This document shows, in pieces, positions 34,039 through 43,793 of a DNA stretch of 64,000 nt. The DNA lies in the NCBI GenBank assembly GCA_963767005.1, contig CAVYCN010000002.1:345272-409271 (forward strand), in the 5' to 3' direction. How positions within the stretch are numbered: position 1 is the stretch's first letter; the number at the start of each line of letters is the position of its first letter. A program made the position numbers and the translations under genes. The notes beneath the pieces are model-generated. The model was not told the DNA's origin and made no database searches. It worked only from the letters and a program-made list of their open reading frames with translations. This DNA is from an uncultured Actinomycetes bacterium. Lineage in GTDB: Bacteria; Actinomycetota; Thermoleophilia; UBA2241.

Positions 34039-34914
34039 ATGCAGTTGTTCGGAGACATCCTCACCGCCGTCGTCACGCCGTTCACCGCCGACCTGCAGGT
34101 CGACGCCGTCGCTTTCGCGCGCCTCGCCGACCATCTGCTGGCCGGCGGCTCCGACGGTCTCGTCGTGGCGGCGACGACGGGCGAGGGGCCCACGCTCTCC
34201 GACGACGAGAAGGTCGCCCTGTTCCGTCACGCCGTCGAGGTCGCGACCGGCCGCGGCACGGTGATTGCCGCGACCGGCTCCAACGACACCGAGCACAGCG
34301 TGGCGCTCACGCGCCGCGCCGAGGACGCCGGCGTCGACGGCGTGCTGGTCGTGACGCCCTACTACAACCGTCCGCCCGAGCGTGGCCTGCGGCTTCATTT
34401 CGCGGCCGTCGCGGGCGCGACCACGCTGCCGGTGATCGTCTACAACATCCCGTCGCGCTGCGCCCTGAACCTCTCGCCCGAGCTCCTCGCCGACCTCGCG
34501 GCGATCGACAACGTCGTCGCCGTCAAACAGGCCAACCCCGACCTCGCCGAATCGCGCCGCTTGCGCGAGCTGTGCGACCTCGGCCTGTACGCCGGCAACG
34601 ACGACATGACGCTCGACATCGTCGAGATGGGGGGTTGGGGCTGCATCTCGGTGGCAAGCCACCTGGTCGGGCGGCGCCTCAAGGAGCTGGTGCTGGCCGC
34701 TCGGTCCGGCGACCGGGCACGGGCAGCCGCGATCGACCGCGACCTGGCGCCGCTCTACGCGGCGCTGTTCACCACGACCAACCCCATTCCCATCAAGGCC
34801 GCGCTCAACCTGACCGGCCACGAGGTCGGAGGTCTCCGCCCGCCGCTCGTCGAAGCGAGCGACGACGAGACCTGCGCCATCGAGGCTGAGCTCGAGCGTC
34901 TGGGCCTGCTCTGA
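34039..34914 (+). CDS. dapA: 4-hydroxy-tetrahydrodipicolinate synthase
   Basis: DapA/NAL family TIM barrel (TAVVTPF...GLVVAATTGE...YYN..) with the Schiff-base Lys region (AVKQAN). Confidence 0.9.
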   Translation: MQLFGDILTAVVTPFTADLQVDAVAFARLADHLLAGGSDGLVVAATTGEGPTLSDDEKVALFRHAVEVATGRGTVIAATGSNDTEHSVALTRRAEDAGVDGVLVVTPYYNRPPERGLRLHFAAVAGATTLPVIVYNIPSRCALNLSPELLADLAAIDNVVAVKQANPDLAESRRLRELCDLGLYAGNDDMTLDIVEMGGWGCISVASHLVGRRLKELVLAARSGDRARAAAIDRDLAPLYAALFTTTNPIPIKAALNLTGHEVGGLRPPLVEASDDETCAIEAELERLGLL

Positions 34915-34986
34915 AGGATCGCGAGGCGCGCGCCGGCGATCGCTGCTCGCGCGGCCCGCGACGACAAAAGGATCGATTGAACCAAC

Positions 34987-36651
34987 ATGAACGATGACAC
35001 CCTGAAGATCATCCCGCTCGGCGGGATGGGCGAGATCGGCAAGAACATGACCGCCGTCGAGTACCGCGGTAAGATCGTCGTGGTCGACTGCGGGCTTGCC
35101 TTCCCGCGCGACGAGATGCTGGGCATCGACCTCGTCCTGCCCGACATCACCTACCTGCGCGAGCGGCGCGACGACGTGCTGGCCTTCCTCATCACCCACG
35201 GCCACGAGGACCACTTCGGCGCCCTCGCCTACGTCCTGCGCGACATCAACGTGCCGGTCTACGGCAGCCGGCTCACGCTGGCCTTTGCCAAGTCCAAGCT
35301 CGACGAGCACGGGCTGCTCAAGGACGTCGAGCTCCACGAGGTGACCGAGGACTCCGTGCTCGACCTCGCTCCCTTCACCGTGCGTTTCTGCGCGGTGAGC
35401 CACAGCGTGCCCGACGCCCTGGCGATCATCGTCGAGACGCCCGCCGGTCGCGTGGTGTGGTCGGGCGACTACAAGTTCGACCACACGCCGATCGACGGGC
35501 GCACGACCGACGTCGACAAGCTCGCGCGGCTCGGCCGCGAGGGCGTGCTGGCCCTGCTGGCCGACTCGACCAACGTCGAGAGCGAGGGCAGCACCGGCTC
35601 CGAGAGTCAGGTCGGTCAGGCGTTCCACCGCATCTTCGCCGAGGCCGACGGCCGGGTGCTCGTGGCCTGTTTCTCGTCGCACATCCACCGCATCCAGCAG
35701 GCGGTCGAGATCGCCTACCTGCACGGCCGCAAGTTCGCCGTGTCGGGTCGGTCGATGGTGAAGAACGTCAACATCGCGCGCAACCTGGGCTACCTGAAGG
35801 TGCCCGACGACGCCCAGATCAAGCTCACCGAGATCGACCAGTACCGGCCCGACGAGGTCCTCATCTTGACGACCGGGAGTCAGGGCGAGCCCCTGTCGGC
35901 GCTGTCGCGCATGGCCTGGGACGATCACCCCCAGGTCGAGCTGCAGCCCGGCGACACGATCGTGATCTCGGCCCGCCCGGTGCCCGGCAACGAGGTCAGC
36001 GTGATGGACACGGTCAACCGCCTGCTGCGCTCGGGTGCCCGCGTGATCTACGGCGCCGCGAGCGGCGTGCACGTGTCGGGCCACGCCTCGCGCGAGGACC
36101 AGCGCATGCTGCTCAACCTGCTCACGCCGCGCTACTTCGTGCCAGCGCACGGCGAGTACCGTCACCAGTACCTGCACGCCGAGCTCGCGCGTGAGGTCGG
36201 CATCCCCGACGACCACGTCTTCATCCTCGACAACGGCGACGTGCTCGAGTTCGGCGACGGCACGGCCGCCGTCACCGCCAAGGTGCCGGCCGGCATGATG
36301 TTCGTCGACGGGCTGCAGATCGGCGGTGCCGAGCACGTCGTGCTGCGCGAGCGCCAGCAGCTCTCGGGCGACGGCATCCTGATCGCCGTGGTCACGGTGA
36401 GCGTGCAGACCGGTGAGTCGGTCGCGCCGCCCGAGCTCGTCGCACGCGGCTTCCTCTACGACGAGACCACCGAGCACGACCTGCTGGCCGCGGCCTCCGA
36501 CACGCTGGTCGAGCGCCTGCACGAGCTCACGGGTGAGCACACGACCGGTCAGCGCCTGCTGCGCGAGGACATCCACGACACGCTCGCTCAGTTCATCTAC
36601 CGGCGCACCAAGCGCGAGCCGCTGATCCTGCCGGTCGTCGTCGAGATCTGA
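34987..36651 (+). CDS. rnj: ribonuclease J
   Basis: Beta-lactamase/beta-CASP RNase with the HGHEDH motif and an RNase J C-terminal domain. Confidence 0.9.
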   Translation: MNDDTLKIIPLGGMGEIGKNMTAVEYRGKIVVVDCGLAFPRDEMLGIDLVLPDITYLRERRDDVLAFLITHGHEDHFGALAYVLRDINVPVYGSRLTLAFAKSKLDEHGLLKDVELHEVTEDSVLDLAPFTVRFCAVSHSVPDALAIIVETPAGRVVWSGDYKFDHTPIDGRTTDVDKLARLGREGVLALLADSTNVESEGSTGSESQVGQAFHRIFAEADGRVLVACFSSHIHRIQQAVEIAYLHGRKFAVSGRSMVKNVNIARNLGYLKVPDDAQIKLTEIDQYRPDEVLILTTGSQGEPLSALSRMAWDDHPQVELQPGDTIVISARPVPGNEVSVMDTVNRLLRSGARVIYGAASGVHVSGHASREDQRMLLNLLTPRYFVPAHGEYRHQYLHAELAREVGIPDDHVFILDNGDVLEFGDGTAAVTAKVPAGMMFVDGLQIGGAEHVVLRERQQLSGDGILIAVVTVSVQTGESVAPPELVARGFLYDETTEHDLLAAASDTLVERLHELTGEHTTGQRLLREDIHDTLAQFIYRRTKREPLILPVVVEI

Positions 36652-36661
36652 TCGGGCCTCC

Positions 36662-36711
36662 GGCGCCCGGGCCGGCGCGGCGGCACAGGCCGCCGCGCCG
36701 GCCCGGGCGCC
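36662..36711. terminator. perfect 23-bp inverted repeat (GGCGCCCGGGCCGGCGCGGCGGC-ACAG-GCCGCCGCGCCGGCCCGGGCGCC) downstream of rnj
   Basis: Read directly: the arms are exact reverse complements around a 4-nt loop, with no U-tract. It is likely a factor-independent-like terminator or RNA-stability hairpin of the high-GC type. Confidence 0.55.
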
Positions 36712-36770
36712 GACGACGAAGTCTGTCGCCGGCCCTAGGGTTCGCGCCGTCCCCGTCGAATAGGCGACCC

Positions 36771-39233
36771 ATGCCCACATCGCGCACCACGTCATCGACC
36801 GCCGGGCGTCGCCGCCCGGCTACGGGGTCGTCGCGGCGCGGCCGCCCGGTTACGCCGCGTCGCGTCCGGCGTGCGGCGCCCTCGTCGGTCCGCCGTCGAG
36901 CTCGCCGGGGCGAGCTCGCCGCGCTGATCTGCGGCGCACTGGCCGTCTTTCTCGTCTGCGTCCTCTACCTGGGCTGGCACGGCGGCACGCTGGGGCACTG
37001 GCTGGTCCACGGACTGCGCCTGCTGGTGGGATTCCTCGCCTATCTCACGCCGTTCCTGCTCGGCTACGTGGCCGTGCTGCTCGCCGTGCGGCGTGACCGC
37101 CGCCCGTCGGGCGAGGTCACGGTCGGCGTCATCGTCCTCTGTCTCGCCTTCGGCCTCGCCGCCGCGGCCGACACCTTCGGCCTGTTCGGCGGCGCGCGGC
37201 CGGGCCGCACGTTCGTCACGTCGTACATGCAGGGCCACGGCGGCCTGCTCGGAGAGGGGATGTGGGCCCTGCTCCACGTCGTCATCGGTGGCGTGGGCAT
37301 CGCCGTGCTCGTCGTCGTGGCCACCGTCGCCGGCCTGCTGCTCGTGACGGGCTCGTCGCTAGGGCTCTGGGCGAGCCGCTCACGGCGCGGCGTCGTGGCC
37401 GCCGGCGATGTCGCGCGACGCTCGGCGCGCACCCTGGGCGCGCGCCGCGAAGCCGCGGCCGAGCTCCGCCGCCGCGACGCGACCGTCGCGACGGGCCCGC
37501 GTCCGTTCGAGCACGCGGAGCCTGAGCGCGTGACGCTGATCGACGGCGCCCGCGACCTGCCCGACGACTACGGTCCGGCCACCGTGGCCGACACGCCGGC
37601 CGTCGTCTTCACGCGGCCGCGACCCGAGCCACGTCCCGTCGAGCGGGTCGAGGCCGACGACCCCGGCGAGCAGCTGTCGCTCGCGGGTGAGGCAGAGGAG
37701 GCCGGCGACGAGGCCGGCGCGGTCGCCTTCGAGGCGCCGGCCGAGCGCCCGTGGCTGTTGCCCGATCCGAGCCTGCTGCAGCGCACCAAGGCGGGCGAGG
37801 GCGAGGCCAAGGCCGTGATCGCCTCGGTCGCCACCCAGCTCACGGAGACCCTCGGCCACTTCGGCGTCGAGGCACGCGTCATCAACACGATCTCCGGGCC
37901 GCGCGTCACGCAGTACGAGCTGCAGCTCGCGCCCGGCACCAAGGTGAGCCGCGTCGCCTCGCTGCGCGACGACATCGCCTACGCCTTGGCCGCCACCGAG
38001 ATTCGCGTGCAGGCGCCGATCCCGGGCAAGTCGGCGGTCGGTGTCGAGGTGCCCAACCGCGAGCCCAACTGGGTCAGCCTCGGCGACATCTACGGCGACC
38101 TGCCGGTGAACGCCTCGCCGCTTGCCATGTGGATCGGCAAGGACATCACCGGCAAGCCGGTGCTGGCCGACCTGACGCGCCTCATCCACGTGCTGATCGC
38201 CGGTACGACCGGCTCCGGCAAGAGCGCCTGCCTGAACGCGATCGTGAGCTCGATCCTGCTGCGCGCCACGCCCGACCAGGTGCGCTTCATCATGATCGAC
38301 CCCAAGAAGGTCGAGCTCTCGCACTTCGACGGCGTACCGCACCTGCTGGCGCCGGTGGTCACCAACGTGCGCAACGCCGGCGGCGTGCTCACCACGATCA
38401 TCCACGAGATGGAGCGGCGTTACGAGCTCATGATGCGCACCGGCAACGCCCGCGACCTGCGCGAGCTGAACAAGCGCCTCGTCGCCGGCGGCGAGAAGCC
38501 GCTACCCTACATCGTCATCGTCATGGACGAGCTCGCCGACCTCATGATGGTGGCTCCGGCCGAGGTCGAGCACGCCGTGATCCGGCTCGGTCAGCTCGCC
38601 CGGGCGGTGGGCATGCACCTCGTCGTGGCCACCCAGCGCCCGTCCGTCGATGTCGTCACCGGGCTCATCAAGACCAACATCCCGTCGCGGATCGCCTTCA
38701 AGGTGTCGTCGCAGACGGACTCGCGCGTGATCCTCGACTCGGGCGGCGCCGAGAGCCTGCTGGGCGACGGCGACATGCTCTTTCACCCCTATTCGAGCGC
38801 CAAGATGCTGCGTGTCCAGGGCGCCTTCATCTCGTCCGAGGAGATGGCGTTCATCACCGGCCACTGGCGCTCTCAGGCCGCGCCCGAGTATCGCCAGGAC
38901 CTCGTGGAGAGCGCCACCGGCGATTCCGGCGAGGGCGCGCCCGGCGGCGACGGCGGCGACGGCCTGCTGCCCGAGGCGATCACGACGGTGGTCCGCACCG
39001 GCGCCGCGTCGGTCGCGCTCCTGCAGCGTCGCCTGCGGGTGGGCTACGCGCGGGCCGGGCGTCTCATCGACATGATGGAGGAGCGCGGCATCATCTCGGG
39101 CTTCGACGGCAGCAAGGCACGCAAGGTGCTGATCGACGAGGACGACCTGCCGCGCGTGCTGGGCGGCGCGACGTCGGCCGAGAGCGCCGACGCGGAGCCG
39201 TCCGCCGACGACGGCGAGGAGCCGCTCGACTGA
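36771..39233 (+). CDS. ftsK: DNA translocase FtsK/SpoIIIE
   Basis: Basic N-terminus and TM helices, a Walker A motor domain (GTTGSGKS) and a C-terminal gamma winged-helix domain (LLQRRLRVGYARAGRLID). Confidence 0.9.
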   Translation: MPTSRTTSSTAGRRRPATGSSRRGRPVTPRRVRRAAPSSVRRRARRGELAALICGALAVFLVCVLYLGWHGGTLGHWLVHGLRLLVGFLAYLTPFLLGYVAVLLAVRRDRRPSGEVTVGVIVLCLAFGLAAAADTFGLFGGARPGRTFVTSYMQGHGGLLGEGMWALLHVVIGGVGIAVLVVVATVAGLLLVTGSSLGLWASRSRRGVVAAGDVARRSARTLGARREAAAELRRRDATVATGPRPFEHAEPERVTLIDGARDLPDDYGPATVADTPAVVFTRPRPEPRPVERVEADDPGEQLSLAGEAEEAGDEAGAVAFEAPAERPWLLPDPSLLQRTKAGEGEAKAVIASVATQLTETLGHFGVEARVINTISGPRVTQYELQLAPGTKVSRVASLRDDIAYALAATEIRVQAPIPGKSAVGVEVPNREPNWVSLGDIYGDLPVNASPLAMWIGKDITGKPVLADLTRLIHVLIAGTTGSGKSACLNAIVSSILLRATPDQVRFIMIDPKKVELSHFDGVPHLLAPVVTNVRNAGGVLTTIIHEMERRYELMMRTGNARDLRELNKRLVAGGEKPLPYIVIVMDELADLMMVAPAEVEHAVIRLGQLARAVGMHLVVATQRPSVDVVTGLIKTNIPSRIAFKVSSQTDSRVILDSGGAESLLGDGDMLFHPYSSAKMLRVQGAFISSEEMAFITGHWRSQAAPEYRQDLVESATGDSGEGAPGGDGGDGLLPEAITTVVRTGAASVALLQRRLRVGYARAGRLIDMMEERGIISGFDGSKARKVLIDEDDLPRVLGGATSAESADAEPSADDGEEPLD

Positions 39234-39354
39234 GAACAGTGGTCGAGGCGAGGCCGTCCCGGCGTCCGTTCGCGGAACGCCCGTCCTTGGCCGGAATTGT
39301 GTTCTCGTCGGGGCGAACGTAGACTCGCGGTGAGGCGCGGCCGTCGACGGCGGC

Positions 39355-40125
39355 ATGGCCAGCGCGCCTCGCCGTCGGACAGCGACCGGGAAGAGAAGCT
39401 CCGTGTTCGAGATCGGAAGCACGCTGCGCGAGACCAGGGTGCGTCGCAAGACCACCCTCCAGCAAGCCGAAGACGACACGAAGATCCGCGCCAAGTACAT
39501 CCAGGCGATGGAGAACGACGACTTCGATCTCATGCCGTCGCCGGCGTACGTCAAAGGCTTCCTGCGGACCTACTGCGAGTACCTGGGGCTCGACGCGAAC
39601 GTCATCCTCGACGAGTACAGGTCGCGGTTCGAGCCCGACGAGGAGCACGAGCCCTTCGGCGGTAACTCGGCCCTCGGGCGCCCACACGCCCACCGGCGGC
39701 GCAACACCCTCACCTTCATCGCCGTGGTCTGCCTGCTCATCCTGGGGCTGCTCTACATGCTGGGGCTGGGTCGGTCGGGGAACAAGTCGACACCCCCGCC
39801 GGTCACCGTCCTCAGCCCGACACCGCAGACCACGCCGAGCGTGCATACCACGACGGCGACCGCCACCTTCAGCGTGCGCATCGTGGCCGACCAGGGGGCA
39901 TGCTGGGTGCAGGTCACGCGCGGCGGCGCGAGCGGGCCGGTCCTCTACCAGGCGACGCTGGCGCTCGGCCAGGCCCACACGCTGCACACGCGCCGCCCGA
40001 TCTACGTGCGTCTCGGGGTGCCGTCCGAGGTATCGATCAGGGTCGCCGGCAGAGCCCCATTCCGGCCGGCCGAGACCGTCTCTACCACCTACGAGGTGAC
40101 GAGGAAGGGCGTGGTGAAACTGTAG
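39355..40125 (+). CDS. RodZ-like helix-turn-helix membrane protein (HTH + TM + DUF4115)
   Basis: N-terminal XRE-like HTH (IGSTLRETRVRRKTTLQQAEDDTKIRAKYIQAMENDDFDLMPSPAYVKGFLRTYCEYLGLD), a single TM, a Pro/Thr linker and a C-terminal beta-rich domain. Confidence 0.7.
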   Translation: MASAPRRRTATGKRSSVFEIGSTLRETRVRRKTTLQQAEDDTKIRAKYIQAMENDDFDLMPSPAYVKGFLRTYCEYLGLDANVILDEYRSRFEPDEEHEPFGGNSALGRPHAHRRRNTLTFIAVVCLLILGLLYMLGLGRSGNKSTPPPVTVLSPTPQTTPSVHTTTATATFSVRIVADQGACWVQVTRGGASGPVLYQATLALGQAHTLHTRRPIYVRLGVPSEVSIRVAGRAPFRPAETVSTTYEVTRKGVVKL

Positions 40126-40617
40126 ATGGCCCAGGACTTCTCGTTCGACGTGGTCTCCGAGGTCGATCGCGACGAGGTGCGCAACGCCGTGAACCTCGCG
40201 CAGAAGGAGATCACTACCCGCTACGACTTCAAGAAGTCGGTGAGCAAGGTCACGCTCGATGGCGACGACCTCGTGCTCGTCTCCGACAACGAGGGCAAGC
40301 TGCACTCGGTGACCGATTTGCTCGAGGAGAAGCTCGTGCGCCGCAAGGTGCCGCTCAAGGCGCTGCAGTACGGCAAGGTCGAGCCCGCCCTGGGCGGCAC
40401 GGTGCGGCAGCGCGTGCTCGTCACCCACGGCATCCCCGACGAGAAGGCGCGCGAGGTCACCAAGCTGCTGCGTCAGCGCTTCAAGAAGGTGCGGCTCCAG
40501 GTGCAGGGCGACGCCGTGCGCGTCTTCTCACCCAAGAAGGACGAGCTTCAGGCCGCCATGCAGGCGCTGCGCGAGCACGACTTCGGCATCCCGCTGCAGT
40601 TCACGAACTACCGGTAA
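40126..40617 (+). CDS. yajQ: YajQ family nucleotide-binding protein (UPF0234)
   Basis: 163 aa with a conserved YajQ N-terminus (SFDVVSEVDRDEVRNAVNLAQKEITTRYDFK). Confidence 0.8.
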   Translation: MAQDFSFDVVSEVDRDEVRNAVNLAQKEITTRYDFKKSVSKVTLDGDDLVLVSDNEGKLHSVTDLLEEKLVRRKVPLKALQYGKVEPALGGTVRQRVLVTHGIPDEKAREVTKLLRQRFKKVRLQVQGDAVRVFSPKKDELQAAMQALREHDFGIPLQFTNYR

Positions 40618-40645
40618 CGTCGTCGCCTCCTCGCGCGAGCCCGAC

Positions 40646-41932
40646 GTGACGTCGCCCGCCCGGGCCACCTTCGCCGTCGTCACGATGGGGTGTCCGAAGA
40701 ACGAGGCCGACTCCGACCGTCTCGAAGCGGCGCTCGTGGGGGCGGGCCACCGGCCCGCCCCCACGAGCGCCGCCGACCTCGTCCTCGTGAACACCTGCGG
40801 CTTCATCGACGCCGCCAAAGAGGAGTCGATCGCCGTCCTGCTCGACGCCTGCGACGAGGCTCACGCGCGCGGCGCCCGGGTCGCGGCCTACGGCTGCCTC
40901 GTGGCGCGCCACGAGGCCGAGCTGGCGGCCGCGCTCCCCGAGCTCGACCTGCTCTCGGCGTTCGACCTGGCGCCGGTCCTCGAGCTGCTCGCGCGGCTCG
41001 AGTGGCGGGGCGGCGCCACGAGCCCGGGATCGCGCCGGCGCCGGCGGCCGCTCCACGCGTACCTGAAGGTCTCGGACGGCTGCGACCGGCGCTGTGCCTT
41101 CTGCGCCATCCCGCTCATCAAGGGTGCCTATGAGACCGTCGCGCCCGACGCCGTCCTCGCGGCGGCGCGCGCGGCCCTCGACCGCGGCGCGCGCGAGCTC
41201 GTCCTCGTGGGGCAGGACACGACGCGCTGGCGGGTGCCGGGCTACGGCGGCCTCGAGCGTCTGCTGGCCGACCTGCGCGCGCTCGAACCGCTCTGGCTGC
41301 GACTCATGTACCTGCAGCCCGAAGGCCTCAGCGACGGCGTGCTCGAGGCGCTTGCGGGCTTCTGCGTGCCCTACGTCGACCTGCCGCTGCAGCACGCCTC
41401 GGGACGCGTCCTCGCGGCGATGGGGAGGGGCGGAGACGCCGCAACGCATCTCGCCTTGCTCGAGCGGGTGCGGGCGAGCCTGCCCGGCGCCGCGGTCCGC
41501 TCCGCGTTCATCGCCGGCTACCCGGGTGAGACCGACGACGACGTCGAGGAGCTGCTCGGCTTCGTGGCGGCGGCCGAGCTCGCCGTGGCCGGCGTGTTCG
41601 TCTTCGACCCGCAGGAAGGCACGCGCGCGGCCGCCCTGCCCGGTCAGGTGCCGCCGGCACTGCGCGCGGAGCGGGCCGCACGTCTGGGCGACGCCGTGGC
41701 CGCCGCTGCACGCCGCTACTGGGCATCGTTCGTGGGCCGCACGGTCGAGGTGCTCGTCGAACGGGGCTCGCGTGGCGTGGCGGCGGAGGTGGCTGGTAGA
41801 ATCGCAGAACAGGCTCCCGACGTGGACGGCCAGACGTGGGTGGCAGGGGCGAGAGCGCGCCGCGGCCAGGTCATCCGCGCGTTGGTCGACGACGCCGACG
41901 GGTACCATCTCTCTGGACAGGCCGTGACATGA
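40646..41932 (+). CDS. rimO: ribosomal protein S12 methylthiotransferase RimO (MiaB-family radical SAM)
   Basis: MTTase N-terminal domain (VTMGCPKNEADSD), radical SAM CxxxCxxC (CDRRCAFC) and a TRAM C-terminal domain. Confidence 0.8.
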   Translation: MTSPARATFAVVTMGCPKNEADSDRLEAALVGAGHRPAPTSAADLVLVNTCGFIDAAKEESIAVLLDACDEAHARGARVAAYGCLVARHEAELAAALPELDLLSAFDLAPVLELLARLEWRGGATSPGSRRRRRPLHAYLKVSDGCDRRCAFCAIPLIKGAYETVAPDAVLAAARAALDRGARELVLVGQDTTRWRVPGYGGLERLLADLRALEPLWLRLMYLQPEGLSDGVLEALAGFCVPYVDLPLQHASGRVLAAMGRGGDAATHLALLERVRASLPGAAVRSAFIAGYPGETDDDVEELLGFVAAAELAVAGVFVFDPQEGTRAAALPGQVPPALRAERAARLGDAVAAAARRYWASFVGRTVEVLVERGSRGVAAEVAGRIAEQAPDVDGQTWVAGARARRGQVIRALVDDADGYHLSGQAVT

Positions 41933-42519
41933 GCGTCGACACCGACAAGCGACTCGTCAGCCGCTCGGCGCTCAACGCCGCCAACACCATCACGGTCGCG
42001 CGCATCCTGCTGATCCCGGTGTTCGTGGTGCTGCTCGTGGCGCACGTGCCCTGGGGCGCCCTCCTGGCCACCTGCGTGTTCGCCGTCGCCGCCCTCACCG
42101 ACAAGCTCGACGGCTACGTGGCGCGCTCGCGCAACCAGATCACCACGCTGGGCCAGTTCCTCGACCCGCTCGCCGACAAGCTGCTGGTGTCGGCCGCTCT
42201 CATCGCCCTAGTGGGGCTCGGCAGGCTGCCGGCCTGGGTGGCGATGGTCATCATCGCCCGCGAGTTCGCCGTGAGCGCCCTGCGCGTGCTCGGCATCGAC
42301 CAGGGCGTCTCGATACCGGCGAGCCCCCTGGGCAAGGCCAAGACGACGAGCCAGATCGTGTGCGTCATCCTCCTGATGCTGGGCCACGGGCACCTCACCT
42401 GGGTCCGCTGGCTCGACGTGATCTCGATCGTCGTCATGGTGGCGCTCACGCTCATCTCGGGCGTGCAGTACTTCGTGAGGGCGCGCGACAACCTGCACCT
42501 GCCCGGAAGCAGCCGATGA
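41929..42519 (+). CDS. pgsA: CDP-diacylglycerol--glycerol-3-phosphate 3-phosphatidyltransferase
   Basis: CDP-alcohol phosphotransferase motif (DKLDGYVAR...G...DPLADK). ATG overlaps the rimO stop (ATGA). Confidence 0.9.
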   Translation: MSVDTDKRLVSRSALNAANTITVARILLIPVFVVLLVAHVPWGALLATCVFAVAALTDKLDGYVARSRNQITTLGQFLDPLADKLLVSAALIALVGLGRLPAWVAMVIIAREFAVSALRVLGIDQGVSIPASPLGKAKTTSQIVCVILLMLGHGHLTWVRWLDVISIVVMVALTLISGVQYFVRARDNLHLPGSSR

Positions 42520-43763
42520 CCCCACCCGTGGCGGCCGTGCTGCTCACCGGCAGCGAGCTGCTCGACGGCCGCACACGCGATCGCAACGGCTTCTATCTGA
42601 CCGGCACGCTCGCGGCCGCCGGCTTCGACGTGGCCCACATGGTGCTCACGCCCGACGAGCCGGCGGCCCTGCGCCGCGACCTCGCCGGCCTGCTGCAGGA
42701 GCGACCGACGGTCCTCGTGCTGTCCGGCGGCCTGGGCACCACCCACGACGACCTCACCGCGCAGATCGTGGCCGACGTCACCGGCCGGGCGCTCGCCGAG
42801 CACCCCGCGGCGCTGCGCATGGTCGAGGACACGACGCGCCGTGTCGCCGAGCGCCGCGGCTTGCCGCTCGCCGAGCTGCTGTCCGACATGCGTCGCCAGG
42901 CGTTTCTGCCGGGCGGCGCTCGTCCGGTGCCGCCGGCCGGCGTGGCGCCCGGCTTCGTCGTCGAGCACGAGGGCACGGCGATCGTGGCGCTGCCCGGCGT
43001 GCCCTGGGAGGTCGAGAGCATGTGGCCCGCCGTGCTCGACGAGCTCGCGGGCGCCCACGGCGCCGTGTCGCCGCGCACCGTGCAGGTACGGTTCTACGGA
43101 TGGGGCGAGGTCCAAGTCGCCGCCCTGCTGCGCGCCCGGGCGACCGACAGGCTGCGGGTGGCGATCACCGCGTCGCTCGGCGAGGTCACGGTGACGGCCC
43201 GTCATCAGGCCGGCGACGGCGCCGCGGCCGCCCAGCTCGACACGCTGGTCGGGGCGCTGCGCGCCGGCGGCCCCGTGTTCTCGAGCGACGGCCGCGGCAT
43301 CGACCAGATCGTCGCCGACCTGCTGCGCGCCCGCGGCGCGACCGTCGCGACGGCGGAGTCCTGCACCGGTGGCCTGCTCGGCGGACGTCTTACCGATCTC
43401 GCCGGCAGCTCCGACTACGTCGTGGGCGGGGCCGTGACGTACGCCGACGACGCCAAGCGCGACCTGCTCGGCGTACCCGCCGACCTTCTCGCGGCCCACG
43501 GCGCGGTGTCGGAGCCCGTGGCGCGCGCCATGGCCGAGGGCGTCCGTGCGAGGACGGGCGCCACCTTCGCGCTCAGCACGACCGGCATCGCCGGCCCCGG
43601 CGGGGCGACGCCCGCCAAACCGGTCGGCCTGGTCTATGTCGGCTGCGCCGCGCCCGGCGGCACGGCGGTGCGGCGCCATGAGTTCCCGGGCGACCGCGCC
43701 ACGGTCCGCGCCTGGAGCGTGGTGGCCGCCCTCCACCTGTTGCGGCGCGCGCTCGAGACATGA
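42516..43763 (+). CDS. cinA: competence/damage-inducible protein CinA (MoeA-like N-terminus + NMN deamidase C-terminus)
   Basis: The two-domain CinA architecture, with the C-terminal CinA domain motif (TAESCTGG). ATG overlaps the pgsA stop. Confidence 0.85.
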   Translation: MTPPVAAVLLTGSELLDGRTRDRNGFYLTGTLAAAGFDVAHMVLTPDEPAALRRDLAGLLQERPTVLVLSGGLGTTHDDLTAQIVADVTGRALAEHPAALRMVEDTTRRVAERRGLPLAELLSDMRRQAFLPGGARPVPPAGVAPGFVVEHEGTAIVALPGVPWEVESMWPAVLDELAGAHGAVSPRTVQVRFYGWGEVQVAALLRARATDRLRVAITASLGEVTVTARHQAGDGAAAAQLDTLVGALRAGGPVFSSDGRGIDQIVADLLRARGATVATAESCTGGLLGGRLTDLAGSSDYVVGGAVTYADDAKRDLLGVPADLLAAHGAVSEPVARAMAEGVRARTGATFALSTTGIAGPGGATPAKPVGLVYVGCAAPGGTAVRRHEFPGDRATVRAWSVVAALHLLRRALET

Positions 43764-43793
43764 GCCCGGACTACGCGCGCGACGGAGTCACGC

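Noticed and set aside
33670-36795. 1041-aa minus-strand ORF spanning dapB, dapA and rnj
   Set aside because: It is antisense to three well-conserved genes and translates to Arg/Gly/Ala/Asp-rich low-complexity sequence with no domain. This is the typical stop-codon-poor antisense frame of about 70%+ GC DNA.
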